From a virus: DNA of 64,000 nucleotides. The position numbers were made by a program, and so were the translations under genes. The notes beneath the pieces are model-generated. The model saw nothing but the letters and a program-made list of their open reading frames with translations. It did no database searches and was not told the DNA's origin. The DNA lies in the IMG/VR virus record IMGVR_UViG_3300025030_000071, positions 22,749 to 86,748 of that record; one strand, given 5' to 3'. Within the stretch, counting starts at the first letter, position 1, and each line of letters opens with the position of its first letter. This document shows, in pieces, positions 1-9,593 of this stretch.

Positions 1-34
1 GGGTGAGGGGCCTCGACCCCTCACCCTAATTTTA
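1..34 (+). terminator. GC-rich hairpin, terminator/attenuator-like
   Basis: GGGTGAGGGG-cctcga-CCCCTCACCC perfect 10-bp stem followed by TAATTTT, just before the AAGGAG SD of ORF 46. Confidence 0.6.
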
Positions 35-45
35 AGGAGAACAAT

Positions 46-1134
46 ATGTCACAAAGAGATCTCTCTCCTAAGGGGATTGCTGATGCCGCTGATGCCGCCC
101 AGGCTGCTGTTGATACAGCAGAGCTTGTAGTTGATGCCCTTGTAGCAGAAACTGCTGCCGTTGGTGGCAAAGTTATCCTTAAAGAAGCAACTAACAACGG
201 GGTAAATACGGCGACCTTCCAGTGTGCTGCTTCTCTAACTGGTAACCGAACAATCTCAGTCCCGAACGAGGACGTTGTATTAGCCAATATCGCAGTTAAC
301 ACGATTCACACAACTGGTGACGGCTCAGACCATGCCGACGTAGCAACCAATTCGGTTCACGTAGCCGGTGATGGTTCGGACCACGCCGATGTAGCGACCA
401 ATACGGCTACACTGGCAGAAATTGAACCAGGAGCAGTAGCAACAGCGGTTCTAATTTTTGGTGATGCAGTCAATGCTGAAAATACAGTAACCATTGGCGC
501 TGATGTCTACGAATTCGTAGCTCCAGCAGGTGTGGTGGCCCTAGACACCAATATCGCAGTGGCAACCACAGGAGTAGCCGCAACCGAACTTGATAATCTT
601 ATTGCTGCTATTAACGCAGATGACGTTGACAACGAACATCCAACCATTTTCTTGCAGGATGGCATTACTCCTGCACTAGCTAATGGTACAGAATCCGTAG
701 TAGCAGATGAAGTTGCTACTGGGATCAGAGTTAGAAGTGCAACCGTAGTTGGCGGCCAAGCCGTAGGCGCCAACCCAAATATTGTTTTGGCAGAAGCCCT
801 TACTCCGCCTGCGTCGATCTGGGACGTTGGCAATGTTAATCTAAATACCCTTGGCGGGAAAGCCGCAAGTGCTCAGCCCTGTGCTGCCCAGTCAAAGGCT
901 GTAACAGCCCCGATGATCGCTAGCGGTGCAAGATTCTCATTCCCATTTGTTGTAACTAGATTCATGGTCCAGGTTCTAAGTGCTACAGGATTTATCAGAA
1001 CTCCTGCTGGCGCAGAAGCGCTTTCGGCTGATACTTTCGAAATTGATGAAGGCGATGTCCTATATACTAGTGGCGGAGCGGCAACTCCAAACGCAATTGC
1101 TGGGGACGTTATCACAGTAATAGCTTGGCCATAA
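46..1134 (+). CDS. Virion structural protein, probable head decoration/fibre
   Basis: 362 aa, Ala/Val/Thr/Asp-rich, AAGGAG SD, tandem 17-aa repeat, upstream of neck and tail genes, followed by a terminator. Confidence 0.6.
   Translation: MSQRDLSPKGIADAADAAQAAVDTAELVVDALVAETAAVGGKVILKEATNNGVNTATFQCAASLTGNRTISVPNEDVVLANIAVNTIHTTGDGSDHADVATNSVHVAGDGSDHADVATNTATLAEIEPGAVATAVLIFGDAVNAENTVTIGADVYEFVAPAGVVALDTNIAVATTGVAATELDNLIAAINADDVDNEHPTIFLQDGITPALANGTESVVADEVATGIRVRSATVVGGQAVGANPNIVLAEALTPPASIWDVGNVNLNTLGGKAASAQPCAAQSKAVTAPMIASGARFSFPFVVTRFMVQVLSATGFIRTPAGAEALSADTFEIDEGDVLYTSGGAATPNAIAGDVITVIAWP
307..408 (+). repeat. Tandem 51-bp (17-aa) in-frame repeat
   Basis: HTTGDGSDHADVATNSV / HVAGDGSDHADVATNTA. 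Confidence 0.85.
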
Positions 1135-1184
1135 ACTAGATAATCATCATTAGCCTTAATGGCCACTTAAGATGTGGCTCCATC

Positions 1185-1220
1185 AATGGAGGTGGCTGAC
1201 CGCTGCCTCCATTTTTTTTT
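1185..1220 (+). terminator. Rho-independent terminator
   Basis: AATGGAGGTGGC-tgacc-GCTGCCTCCATT stem running into a T9 tract. Confidence 0.9.
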
Positions 1221-1244
1221 GGAAGTTGAAGAGGAGAATTCTTA

Positions 1245-1832
1245 ATGGAATTTGTACAGTTTATCCAAATGTATGGTCGGATGCATGAACTTATGCTTGA
1301 GCCAGCGTGGGTCTTTAGCAACGAAGTCGTAGTTAGAACTGAAACAGAAACTGCAACATTTCTTTGGGATTCAGCAGACGAAGATAGCGACGTGGTTCTA
1401 ACAAGAACCACTACATATGATGCTGCGAACCTAAAGGTCAGTTCAACAGTTTGGTCTTTGTCGAATGCCCCAACTGTGTCAGATGTAGAAACCGACCAAA
1501 CCCCTGACAGTGAAATTTCATTATCAGGGACCACAGTGTTAACCATAACAGGAACCAACTTCGGGGAAGAAGATACAGACATAAAAGTTTTTGTTTATGT
1601 TCAACCAGCCAAGAACCACAATGGTCCTGGCCCGACCCCAGGAAATTCTAGATTTGTCATAGAAGCAACCATCACAAATATTGACGTTGCCGACCAGGTC
1701 ATCACTGCTTCTCTAGACCTGCCAAGAGTCCATGGTGCCAAGAACGCAGCTAAGGGCCAATGCGAACTGGCAGTCCAGAATGTAAAGCGCCATTTAGCTA
1801 GTACTCCCTTCACCGCTCTGACCGTAGTGTAA
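1245..1832 (+). CDS. Ig-like (IPT/TIG-type) virion protein
   Basis: GAGGAG SD; 'GTTVLTITGTNFG' resembles the IPT/TIG signature; beta-rich. Confidence 0.55.
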   Translation: MEFVQFIQMYGRMHELMLEPAWVFSNEVVVRTETETATFLWDSADEDSDVVLTRTTTYDAANLKVSSTVWSLSNAPTVSDVETDQTPDSEISLSGTTVLTITGTNFGEEDTDIKVFVYVQPAKNHNGPGPTPGNSRFVIEATITNIDVADQVITASLDLPRVHGAKNAAKGQCELAVQNVKRHLASTPFTALTVV

Positions 1833-1856
1833 TCCAAAGATAATTTAGTAGATAAA

Positions 1857-1903
1857 TTCTCAGTTATTTAATATACTTAAGAGTACTGTTAACTAGCTGA
1901 GGA
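1857..1903 (+). promoter_or_regulatory. RBS-sequestering hairpin with GTTATT motif in its 5' arm
   Basis: TTCTCAGTTATTTAATA (1857-1873) pairs, with G-U pairs and one mismatch, to TGTTAACTAGCTGAGGA (1887-1903), covering the GAGGAG SD of ORF 1910. Confidence 0.6.
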
Positions 1904-1909
1904 GCTACT

Positions 1910-2371
1910 ATGTTTATTTATCTAAACCCACCGAGAACTTTCTGGGCCTTACCAGATACAGATATCATCTTATCTAGATCAAATCCTTATGCTGAACTTA
2001 CTTCAGAAATCTTAGAAGGATTTTCTACAGAACAACTTACCATTTTGGATTCAGCCAAACTGTCAGGCACTGTCACCGAGATAAGCCGAGACTTTGTTCC
2101 ACAAATCGGCACTACTTCTGAGGACATGGTTCTAAGTACCCCCATCCGCGAAATGCAAAGATACTATTTATCAAAGATGGTACTTAGCGGCGATCTCAAA
2201 ATGCTTGAGACCTTATTGGCCAAAGAAGAAACCAATAGATCTCGTCCTGCCGTTCTGAAGATTCTTAGAAACTCTATTGACAGAGTGCTAGATTCTAAGC
2301 CTGAAATGAAATTTTATAATTCAATTAAAGAAGAAATCTTAGACCTTGACGATCTAGATCGAGACGCATAA
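1910..2371 (+). CDS. Hypothetical phage protein
   Basis: 153 aa ORF with GAGGAG SD, abuts the next ORF. Confidence 0.75.
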   Translation: MFIYLNPPRTFWALPDTDIILSRSNPYAELTSEILEGFSTEQLTILDSAKLSGTVTEISRDFVPQIGTTSEDMVLSTPIREMQRYYLSKMVLSGDLKMLETLLAKEETNRSRPAVLKILRNSIDRVLDSKPEMKFYNSIKEEILDLDDLDRDA

Positions 2372-2833
2372 ATGGCCCGCAGACCATACTCTCTAATTAG
2401 AGGTGACACTTATCAGCCTCTAAGCAGTTCCATAATAATAAACGTTGCTGGTGGAGATGGCTCTGCTGCGGATTCTGCTTGGAATGCAACTACCGATGTT
2501 GAGGTTGGAGATTTTATTTTTATCTCTGGCCCAGAAGAAATAGACAGGGCAAATTCGACCTCAAGAGCCACGCTTCCAGCAATTGCAATAGTTGTTACTA
2601 AACCAACCGATACAACTGCAACTATTCGTTATGCAAATGAATATACTTTTGTAGGTAGAGACCCATTAATTCCTGGTGCCCTTTATTACGTTAGCGACAC
2701 TGAACCAGGAAAGATATTCACTCCTTCCGAAATCGAAACCATGCCTCCATTCCTACAACAAGTAGGCCGTGCGAAATCTGAAGAAATTCTAGTACTTATG
2801 ATTGGCGCACCATTTTCATTTCAAAGTCAATAA
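2372..2833 (+). CDS. Capsid cement/decoration-like protein (DUF2190-like)
   Basis: 'VEVGDFIFISG...ANST...PAIAIV...LIPGALYYVS..PG...QQVGRA' pattern typical of these small head domains. Confidence 0.5.
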   Translation: MARRPYSLIRGDTYQPLSSSIIINVAGGDGSAADSAWNATTDVEVGDFIFISGPEEIDRANSTSRATLPAIAIVVTKPTDTTATIRYANEYTFVGRDPLIPGALYYVSDTEPGKIFTPSEIETMPPFLQQVGRAKSEEILVLMIGAPFSFQSQ

Positions 2834-2853
2834 TTAAATCCTCCTCACATTTC

Positions 2854-2926
2854 TTTTCTCCTGTTATTTAACAAGTGAACAGTCGGACATGTTGTTTGAT
2901 TGTAAACTTCGCTAATTGGGAGGAAA
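2854..2926 (+). promoter_or_regulatory. Long RBS-sequestering hairpin with GTTATT motif in its 5' arm
   Basis: TTTTCTCCTGTTA pairs with TAATTGGGAGGAAA (SD of ORF 2930); inner stem ACAGTCGGACA/TGTTTGATTGT. Confidence 0.6.
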
Positions 2927-2929
2927 CAA

Positions 2930-4477
2930 ATGGCATCTAATGCAATTAGGTTTAATGCTTCTGGCGGCTTTGATTTAGTCACTGCCCTACAAGCGACAAC
3001 CCTCGGTCTCGGCGGTGCCCTTTCAGGTGCTACAACTGGTGCTTTTAGTACATCCATCGCATCTCCAATTCTAACTGCACCCGCAGCAACCGATCTAAAC
3101 ATCGACGCCATCGCCGCACAAGACGTCATCGTTAAGTTGGGTGATGCAATTGGCGCAAAGAAAATCCTTTTTAAGGACTCTGCTGCTGCTGAAGTCGGCT
3201 CTATCGACAGTGATGGCTTAGCTTCATTCAGCGCATTCACTACTTCAGGTGCAGTAACCGCTGGCTCTGTCGCTCTGAGCGGGACTTCAATCACCAACGA
3301 TGGTGGTACACTAAAGTGGGGTACTGCTGCATTAGCCACTCAGGCATACGTAAGCGCAGCCATTGAAGGGCTTGACGTAAAGGGTAGCGTTCTAACTTCT
3401 TCAGCTATCAACGTAAGCCTTACAGACTACCTCCTAACCGATGCGATGGACGCAGTTACTATCGCAGAAGGCGATAGAGTACTTCTACTTGCCCAGACTG
3501 ATAGCTCAGAAGAAGGCATTTACGTTGTAGGCGCTGACGGCACTGGTACTTCCGGCGCTGGTTATGCAGCCCTGACTCGTGCTGCTGATATGAGCACTTC
3601 TGCTGAATCTATCATGGCATTCACCTTCATCGAAGAGGGGACTGCTCGCGGTGGCAGGGGCTATACCAACAGCGTAGCAAGCAACTTCGTCCTTGATACT
3701 ACTGACTGCAACTTTGTACTTTTCTCTTCTGCTGGTGCTTACTCTGCTGGCATTGGTATCGCCCTTACAGGCAGCTCTATCTCACTGCACCTCACCAACT
3801 TAGATGCAGCTGTTGTAGACGTTGCAACTGACTCGATCGCTTTCCTAGACGCTTCTGATGGTGGCACTCTCACCAAACTAGAAAGCATTGCTGATCTGGC
3901 AACTGCAATGGCTGGTGACGGTATCCTCGCCTCAGCTGGTGTCTTTGGGGTTGACGTAAGTGATTTTGCTGGTGACGGGCTTGAGGACGACGGTTCAGAG
4001 AACCTTCGGATCAAAGCTGGCGGCGTTGCGGCCTCCATGCTAACAGGTTCCTTCACTGCTGGCGCCAACTTACTAAAAGGTGCCCCAGTTTACTTCAAGG
4101 GTGCTGACAGCAAGATGTGGCCTTCAGTCGACACTGCCCTAGCATCTGCTCAGATCCAGGGTCTAGCTGCTGCTGCGATCAATGCTGATGCCGCTGGGGC
4201 CTTCTACACTGTAGACGGCAGTGTTCTCACGGGTCTTGACCCAACCGTTATCGCTGATGACACAGTGTTCACAGCTACCGGCATCGATGCAGTTGAAGGT
4301 TCTCTAACTGTTGGCGCCCAGGTATATGCTCTCCACACTGGCCGTCTAGTTAGTGCTGGCATGACCTTAGCCAACTGGCTAACAGCTGGCGATTTCTTCA
4401 CCCCAGTTGGCGTTGCGACCGCAGTTGACGCTCTAATCCTACGAATTGGTCAGCCACAGGCTTACCAGGCAGCATAA
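2930..4477 (+). CDS. Head/tail fibre-like structural protein
   Basis: 515 aa Ala/Gly/Asp-rich; 'GLDVKGSV...GDRVLLLAQTD...GIYVV...LTRAAD' fibre module; C-terminal cement-like domain resembling ORF 2372. Confidence 0.65.
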   Translation: MASNAIRFNASGGFDLVTALQATTLGLGGALSGATTGAFSTSIASPILTAPAATDLNIDAIAAQDVIVKLGDAIGAKKILFKDSAAAEVGSIDSDGLASFSAFTTSGAVTAGSVALSGTSITNDGGTLKWGTAALATQAYVSAAIEGLDVKGSVLTSSAINVSLTDYLLTDAMDAVTIAEGDRVLLLAQTDSSEEGIYVVGADGTGTSGAGYAALTRAADMSTSAESIMAFTFIEEGTARGGRGYTNSVASNFVLDTTDCNFVLFSSAGAYSAGIGIALTGSSISLHLTNLDAAVVDVATDSIAFLDASDGGTLTKLESIADLATAMAGDGILASAGVFGVDVSDFAGDGLEDDGSENLRIKAGGVAASMLTGSFTAGANLLKGAPVYFKGADSKMWPSVDTALASAQIQGLAAAAINADAAGAFYTVDGSVLTGLDPTVIADDTVFTATGIDAVEGSLTVGAQVYALHTGRLVSAGMTLANWLTAGDFFTPVGVATAVDALILRIGQPQAYQAA

Positions 4478-4507
4478 TCTAATCCTACCTAATTAATCCT
4501 TCCCCTT

Positions 4508-4542
4508 AAAGCCCCAGAGGATCTCTCTGGGGCTTTTCTTTT
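4508..4542 (+). terminator. Rho-independent terminator
   Basis: AAAGCCCCAGAG-gatct-CTCTGGGGCTTT followed by TCTTTT. Confidence 0.9.
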
Positions 4543-4590
4543 ATCTAAGTGTGTTATTGTTAATAAGTGAATAATTCTAGGGAGTCTGCA

Positions 4591-6054
4591 ATGGCACACA
4601 CTAAAGCTATATACTATGATCCGGCTGGTGGTTACCGACAGATAGGGGTGACCAAAGACCTTGGCGTAGATACTGGTTATGGCTTTGTTATAGATGACGG
4701 CGGAGCTGCGCCAGTAAAATTAGACAACATAACTGGCTTAGATCTTTCTGGTGCAGCTGGTGTTGATGTTAAACTGTCAAGTACAGGCGTAATCCAAATT
4801 GGTTCATTGTCCTTATCTGCAACAACTAGCGGGATCCTTAAATGGGATGGCGCCAAAATACAAACTGCCAAAGTTAATGATTTCCAAGAAGATGTACTCG
4901 ATGTGCAAACCGATGCAACGCTGGACCCAGGTGCCACCCCAACAGCAGGTGATAGGTATATCCTCACAAATGTCGCAGCTCTACACGCTAACTTCGGTTC
5001 TATAACTGGAGTTGGTAACAACGATGTTGTTGAATATGTTAGTGCTGCATTTGTTGTTGCTTATGACGTTTCAGCCCAAGGCGAAGGCGCTTTCCTCTGG
5101 GACAGGACTGCCAACGTATTCAAAAAATATGATGGTTCGACTTGGGGGGAGTTCACGGCTGGAGCTGGCGTTTCTGGCGATGGAACAGGTGTCACTGATG
5201 CAGTTGCCTTCAGGGCCGCTATCGGCGCCGGGACTGGGGATGGAACCGTTACGGGTGACGGAACTGGCGTTACAGACTCGTCAGCATTTCGGACTGCACT
5301 TGGGCTTGGAATCGCGTATGTGCCGTCAAGTACTGGGATCCTTACTGACTGGGACCCACATCTTGGCGCATCAATCAGTAGCATCCCATGTGTAGATGGC
5401 GATAATATCGATCTTGTAACTGACCAATCTGCTGGTGCTCATAACGCAACGCAGACAACAGCCGCAAACCGCCCACAATTCCGTTCAAACACTCTTAATG
5501 GATATTCCGTAGCTGAATTCGTAGCAGGCGGAGCAGATTTTATGACTTTTGGGACAGGGATGGGCCGCCCTGCTGATTATACTGAATATGCCATTATGTG
5601 GACTCGTTCAACTAGCTCCCAGTACGTTTTGGGGAGCATCGACTCTCTTGGCACATCTGCTAAATCTTGGGGATGGTTAAATCTAAATGTTTCCAGTGGC
5701 AAGGCATTTACAGTATTTGGCGATGACTCGGTGCAAAGTCGGACAGATACTTCCAATACTGAAATCGAACAACGTAAATGGTTTGCTATTGCGATCCAGC
5801 ACACTAACGGCGAAGATCACTCACATATCTACATTAATGGCAAAGCGCCCGCTTATACAAAAACATCATCAAATACAACATTGTCAACAGGCATCGCTCA
5901 GAATTTTTCTATAGGACGAGTGGGTGATGTTACAGGCACTTATTTTGACGGAATGATTGCTCGTTTCATCGCCTACTCAGCAGCTCATGACGCGACAACA
6001 ATCCGTACAATCCTTACTGGATTGGCATTGCAATACGGGTTAACAACCCAGTAA
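4591..6054 (+). CDS. Fibre/adhesin with DUF2793-like module and C-terminal LamG/ConA-like lectin domain
   Basis: ATG 4591 has a GGAG SD (preferred over GTG 4567); 'GDRYIL...NDVVEY...W..YDGSTW' module; C-terminal 'HIYING...FSIG....YFDGMIARFIAYS' LamG-like end. Confidence 0.65.
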   Translation: MAHTKAIYYDPAGGYRQIGVTKDLGVDTGYGFVIDDGGAAPVKLDNITGLDLSGAAGVDVKLSSTGVIQIGSLSLSATTSGILKWDGAKIQTAKVNDFQEDVLDVQTDATLDPGATPTAGDRYILTNVAALHANFGSITGVGNNDVVEYVSAAFVVAYDVSAQGEGAFLWDRTANVFKKYDGSTWGEFTAGAGVSGDGTGVTDAVAFRAAIGAGTGDGTVTGDGTGVTDSSAFRTALGLGIAYVPSSTGILTDWDPHLGASISSIPCVDGDNIDLVTDQSAGAHNATQTTAANRPQFRSNTLNGYSVAEFVAGGADFMTFGTGMGRPADYTEYAIMWTRSTSSQYVLGSIDSLGTSAKSWGWLNLNVSSGKAFTVFGDDSVQSRTDTSNTEIEQRKWFAIAIQHTNGEDHSHIYINGKAPAYTKTSSNTTLSTGIAQNFSIGRVGDVTGTYFDGMIARFIAYSAAHDATTIRTILTGLALQYGLTTQ

Positions 6055-6068
6055 TTTAGGGGTTTTCT

Positions 6069-6314
6069 ATGCCAAAGATAAATATTGGGGATGAACTAGT
6101 AACAGTAACAGCAGCAATCAGTGCTGCTACAGAATTGATTGTTATTAATGATGGACGAGTGTTGATGCGGCGGATTGTAAATGGCATAACTGAAGATATT
6201 GAACTGGATTTAAAGCCCCTTGAAGCAACCGGGAAGGTAGTGGCTAGGGGTCCTGCCATTGAAGGCATCCCACTTAGCCAACAAAAAACAAAACCAGAAC
6301 AGGCAAAAGTATGA
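6069..6314 (+). CDS. Small hypothetical protein
   Basis: 81 aa; ATGA overlap with next ORF. Confidence 0.65.
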   Translation: MPKINIGDELVTVTAAISAATELIVINDGRVLMRRIVNGITEDIELDLKPLEATGKVVARGPAIEGIPLSQQKTKPEQAKV

Positions 6315-6571
6315 AAGTAATTCGGTCGTTAGAAGGCCAAGACAAAGAGCTTCTTCTTAATCTTATAGAACAAAAAGAGCATTTAGCCCTTTCATATGTT
6401 GACATATTACTTGAACTTCAGGAAAGACAAAAAGTTCTTGCTGGACAAATGCAGCAACTTAGTAATAAAATTTTATCTCTAGTTAAATCTCTAGAAGCCA
6501 AAACAAATGTTAGTTTGTCAGATGGCTGGACCCTTAATACAGAAGAGGGTTATTTCTGGAGAGAAGAGTAA
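6311..6571 (+). CDS. Coiled-coil protein, possible fibre assembly chaperone
   Basis: Heptad-rich helix then WTLNTEEGYF; similar to ORF 6595. Confidence 0.55.
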   Translation: MKVIRSLEGQDKELLLNLIEQKEHLALSYVDILLELQERQKVLAGQMQQLSNKILSLVKSLEAKTNVSLSDGWTLNTEEGYFWREE

Positions 6572-6594
6572 AACAACAATCTGAGAGGAACAAC

Positions 6595-6996
6595 ATGTCC
6601 AAAGAACTAAAGATTCCAGATGAAGAACTAAAATTAATTGTTAGTATGAATGACCAGTACTTGCATCTTTTAAAGCATCATTCCCAGACTCGCCGTTCAT
6701 TCTTGCAGACTGAACATGCAATTCTTGAGAAACTTGGTGAACTCGAAGTCAATTTTAAGAAGTTTGCCAATGTGGTTGCTTCTGAACTAGGGATCCTTGA
6801 AGATGATCTAGCCAATTGGAGTATGGATATTGGAGCAGGTTGCTACCAATTTCTAGGTGAAGAAGAAGCTCTAGAGGAAATTGCAGAAGAGACTCCAGCC
6901 GTTGAGACTGTCAAAACGCCAGAACCGACCTCTACTCCTTCCGAAGTTGCCACTAAGCGCATCAAAGAGCTTCTAAAGAAAGCCAACAAGAAATAA
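6595..6996 (+). CDS. Coiled-coil protein, possible fibre assembly chaperone
   Basis: GAGG SD; helix then WSMDIGAGCY; acidic/basic disordered tail. Confidence 0.55.
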   Translation: MSKELKIPDEELKLIVSMNDQYLHLLKHHSQTRRSFLQTEHAILEKLGELEVNFKKFANVVASELGILEDDLANWSMDIGAGCYQFLGEEEALEEIAEETPAVETVKTPEPTSTPSEVATKRIKELLKKANKK

Positions 6997-8001
6997 ATGG
7001 ATATCCTCTCAACCACTCCCGTTAATGGCGCCGAAGGCATAGCTCTTGGAGCAACTATAGAGATTGAATTTGATGAAGAGATTGACCCTTCAACCATAAT
7101 CGATCAAGGCAATCTTGTAATTTCAAGTAGCGCTTCTAAACTTTTTGCTCAGGGTCCTAGCCTAGAAAACCTCACTAATTCAGGTGAAGATTATTTAAGT
7201 TCTAAGTCCTATACCGGAGTGGTTGGGGGAACTTTCACAACTGAAGATAACATAACTTTTGTTTTTACACCAAACTCGCCATTGGAACCTAATAAGACTT
7301 ATTCCGTTTTAGTTGGCACAGGTGTTCTCAGTAAGACCATTGATGCCCCAGTAGCTGAAGTAGACAATACCTCTACTGGCTCTTTTACTCTTTCTGGCCC
7401 ATTCACTGGCGACGAAGATGACTCAATCGATATTGAGATAGTAACAGCAGGGACATTAGGAACAGCCATCTTTAAATATAGATATGGTTCAGTTGGCTCC
7501 TGGTCTGCTAATACCGTTACAGATAGAAACATAGTTCTTCTTGAGGGGGTATCAATCCATTTCTTAAGTGGTAACTTCGTTGAGGCTGATACTTGGACCG
7601 TAGCATTAACCGAAGGGATTCCTTTAGATAGTATCTACAAATTTTCTTTTGTAACTGGCCCCGAAACATATACTGAGGTTTCAGTAGAACCACAATCCTT
7701 TGATATTAAGGAAAGTGAAGTCGGTGGCCTAAAAAGAATAGACGGAGTTGCTTCGGTCGATAGCGCCGATTTTGCTGTTGTGTCTATGACCCCAGAAAAC
7801 AGAGACTCAAATTTGCCGTTATCTTTATCTGGCGTGGTTATTACCTTTAACAAGAACATAGACACAGATTCTTTAACTGAAGCAACCATAAAAGCTATTA
7901 TGGAAAATCTCCCAATGGATGAGTCCTTACAGCAGTCAGTGAATCTGCCAATCACGGTCACAGTTAGTAATAATATTCTGACAATAAAATTTACAGGATA
8001 A
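6997..8001 (+). CDS. Ig-like (Big_5/SbsA-type) domain virion protein
   Basis: 'STTPVNGAEGIALGATIEIEFDEEIDPST...TFVFTPNSPLEPNKTYSVLV' and a second 'MTPEN..NLP...ITFNKNID' repeat. Confidence 0.7.
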   Translation: MDILSTTPVNGAEGIALGATIEIEFDEEIDPSTIIDQGNLVISSSASKLFAQGPSLENLTNSGEDYLSSKSYTGVVGGTFTTEDNITFVFTPNSPLEPNKTYSVLVGTGVLSKTIDAPVAEVDNTSTGSFTLSGPFTGDEDDSIDIEIVTAGTLGTAIFKYRYGSVGSWSANTVTDRNIVLLEGVSIHFLSGNFVEADTWTVALTEGIPLDSIYKFSFVTGPETYTEVSVEPQSFDIKESEVGGLKRIDGVASVDSADFAVVSMTPENRDSNLPLSLSGVVITFNKNIDTDSLTEATIKAIMENLPMDESLQQSVNLPITVTVSNNILTIKFTG

Positions 8002-8006
8002 CAATC

Positions 8007-8537
8007 ATGGCATTAGCAACAGTTTACTTCCAAGAATTCAACGGTGAAGCAGGAGTTGAAGTCCCCACATCCAAACAAGCCAGCCCATTACAATTCACAG
8101 CAATTGACAGCCCAGATGTAGAAGAAGTTGAAACAGCAGCCCATGCTCTTGTTTCCCCAAATGCTGGAGTATTTCGTTCATATGAGAAATGGTTGAGAGT
8201 TTGCGTAGAGAGTTTAGGCGACTCCACAAGCATTTCAAATCTAGAAGTTTTTGTTAATGGCGATACGCCTAATGACGGCATCTCGGTTTGGGTTAAAACC
8301 GCTGAGGTATACGCAACACCGAAGGTGGGAGGCTATGCTTCGGCTGGAGCCATGACGGCGCCCAAAACAAACCTCTTTGCAACGAGTTCAGATGACCCAA
8401 TCTCTTTAGGTGCTGGACCTTTTGAAGCAGCAGAAGATGTCGGTCTTTACTTAGTTGTTCAGATGGAAGTATTACCTTCAGCAGGAATTGGACTTACTTC
8501 AAGTTATAGCCTAGTGCTTCGTTATGATGAAGAATGA
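8007..8537 (+). CDS. Small beta-sandwich virion protein
   Basis: 176 aa, 'YEKWLR...ISNL...YLVVQM...LRYDE' pattern; lies in the head/neck block. Confidence 0.55.
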   Translation: MALATVYFQEFNGEAGVEVPTSKQASPLQFTAIDSPDVEEVETAAHALVSPNAGVFRSYEKWLRVCVESLGDSTSISNLEVFVNGDTPNDGISVWVKTAEVYATPKVGGYASAGAMTAPKTNLFATSSDDPISLGAGPFEAAEDVGLYLVVQMEVLPSAGIGLTSSYSLVLRYDEE

Positions 8538-8914
8538 GGCTAGAGTGGCATTTAACCTTTGGTGAATCAGAAATCTTTTCAGTAACAATCGGTGAGAACT
8601 ATCCTGATTTCCACTATGTTTCTTCAAGACTCCCCTTACAGGCTGCCACATTAATCGATCTAGATATCTTTCATCTTTCGGCAGAAACTGATGATGGTAT
8701 TCTTTATACCACTTTATTCCCAGAACTAACTGCTCTCCATAAAGTAATTAGAAGAATAGAACAAGATTTTTCTTCAGGCATCACCCACATAATACCTATA
8801 GTAGTTTATAGATTAGGCAAGAAAAAGAAACTCAATTATTGTTTTGGGTATCCAGACGAACCAACAAAAACACTAGATCGTAGATTCTTTAGGAGCGAAT
8901 ATGGCGACGATTAG
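8534..8914 (+). CDS. Hypothetical protein
   Basis: 126 aa, overlaps both neighbours. Confidence 0.65.
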   Translation: MRLEWHLTFGESEIFSVTIGENYPDFHYVSSRLPLQAATLIDLDIFHLSAETDDGILYTTLFPELTALHKVIRRIEQDFSSGITHIIPIVVYRLGKKKKLNYCFGYPDEPTKTLDRRFFRSEYGDD

Positions 8915-9593
8915 TCTTTCACTGGGGGCAATATTAACCCCTTCTCGGCCTGTTGCTAATCGTATTATTCATATATCCGTCGAAGGTCTTCTTGCCACAG
9001 ACGGGAGCTCTTTAACTGGCTCAATTGAATTCTACTATACCACCAGATTTACTCCATTATATTCAAGCGCAATGCGTGTTAGGCTCCTAGCCGGTGAATT
9101 CCTATCTGAAGTACCTGACGATACCATTAACCAAATCATCCATTACTTCTCTGAACAAGCTGGTTTGATGAACTATGTACCAGAGAACTCGGCTTTAAAT
9201 CCCACTACTTATGCTAATTACAGAGCTAGATGGGCTACCGCTGCGACAATAATAACCCTCCTCTCTGGCACTTCTATAAATGCTTCTATGGCCAAACGCC
9301 TAGGAGACTTTTCAGTAAGAAGAGACAAAGCAGCAGAAGAGCTTTTTAGAATGGTGACCAAAGAGTTAATGGAATTAACTCAGATACTTGAAGATGGTGG
9401 TAACTATGGCCGTGACATGCTGACAGTAACAAGGGGCTCAGATTCTCCTGACTTCCCTACCTTTGGCCGTGGTCTATCCCCTCAAGACACCTACGATGTC
9501 CCCTCCGTCCCTGGAGCAAATAGCAGAGGTCAATTCTCAAGAACTTCAGATGGCGTAATGCAAAGACGTGTTCGAAGAGTTTGGAGTAGGTAA
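8901..9593 (+). CDS. Putative head-tail adaptor/neck protein
   Basis: GGAG SD; helical core 'YSSAMRVR...EVPDDTINQII' and 'KRLGDFSV' typical of adaptors; position before sheath. Confidence 0.5.
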   Translation: MATISLSLGAILTPSRPVANRIIHISVEGLLATDGSSLTGSIEFYYTTRFTPLYSSAMRVRLLAGEFLSEVPDDTINQIIHYFSEQAGLMNYVPENSALNPTTYANYRARWATAATIITLLSGTSINASMAKRLGDFSVRRDKAAEELFRMVTKELMELTQILEDGGNYGRDMLTVTRGSDSPDFPTFGRGLSPQDTYDVPSVPGANSRGQFSRTSDGVMQRRVRRVWSR

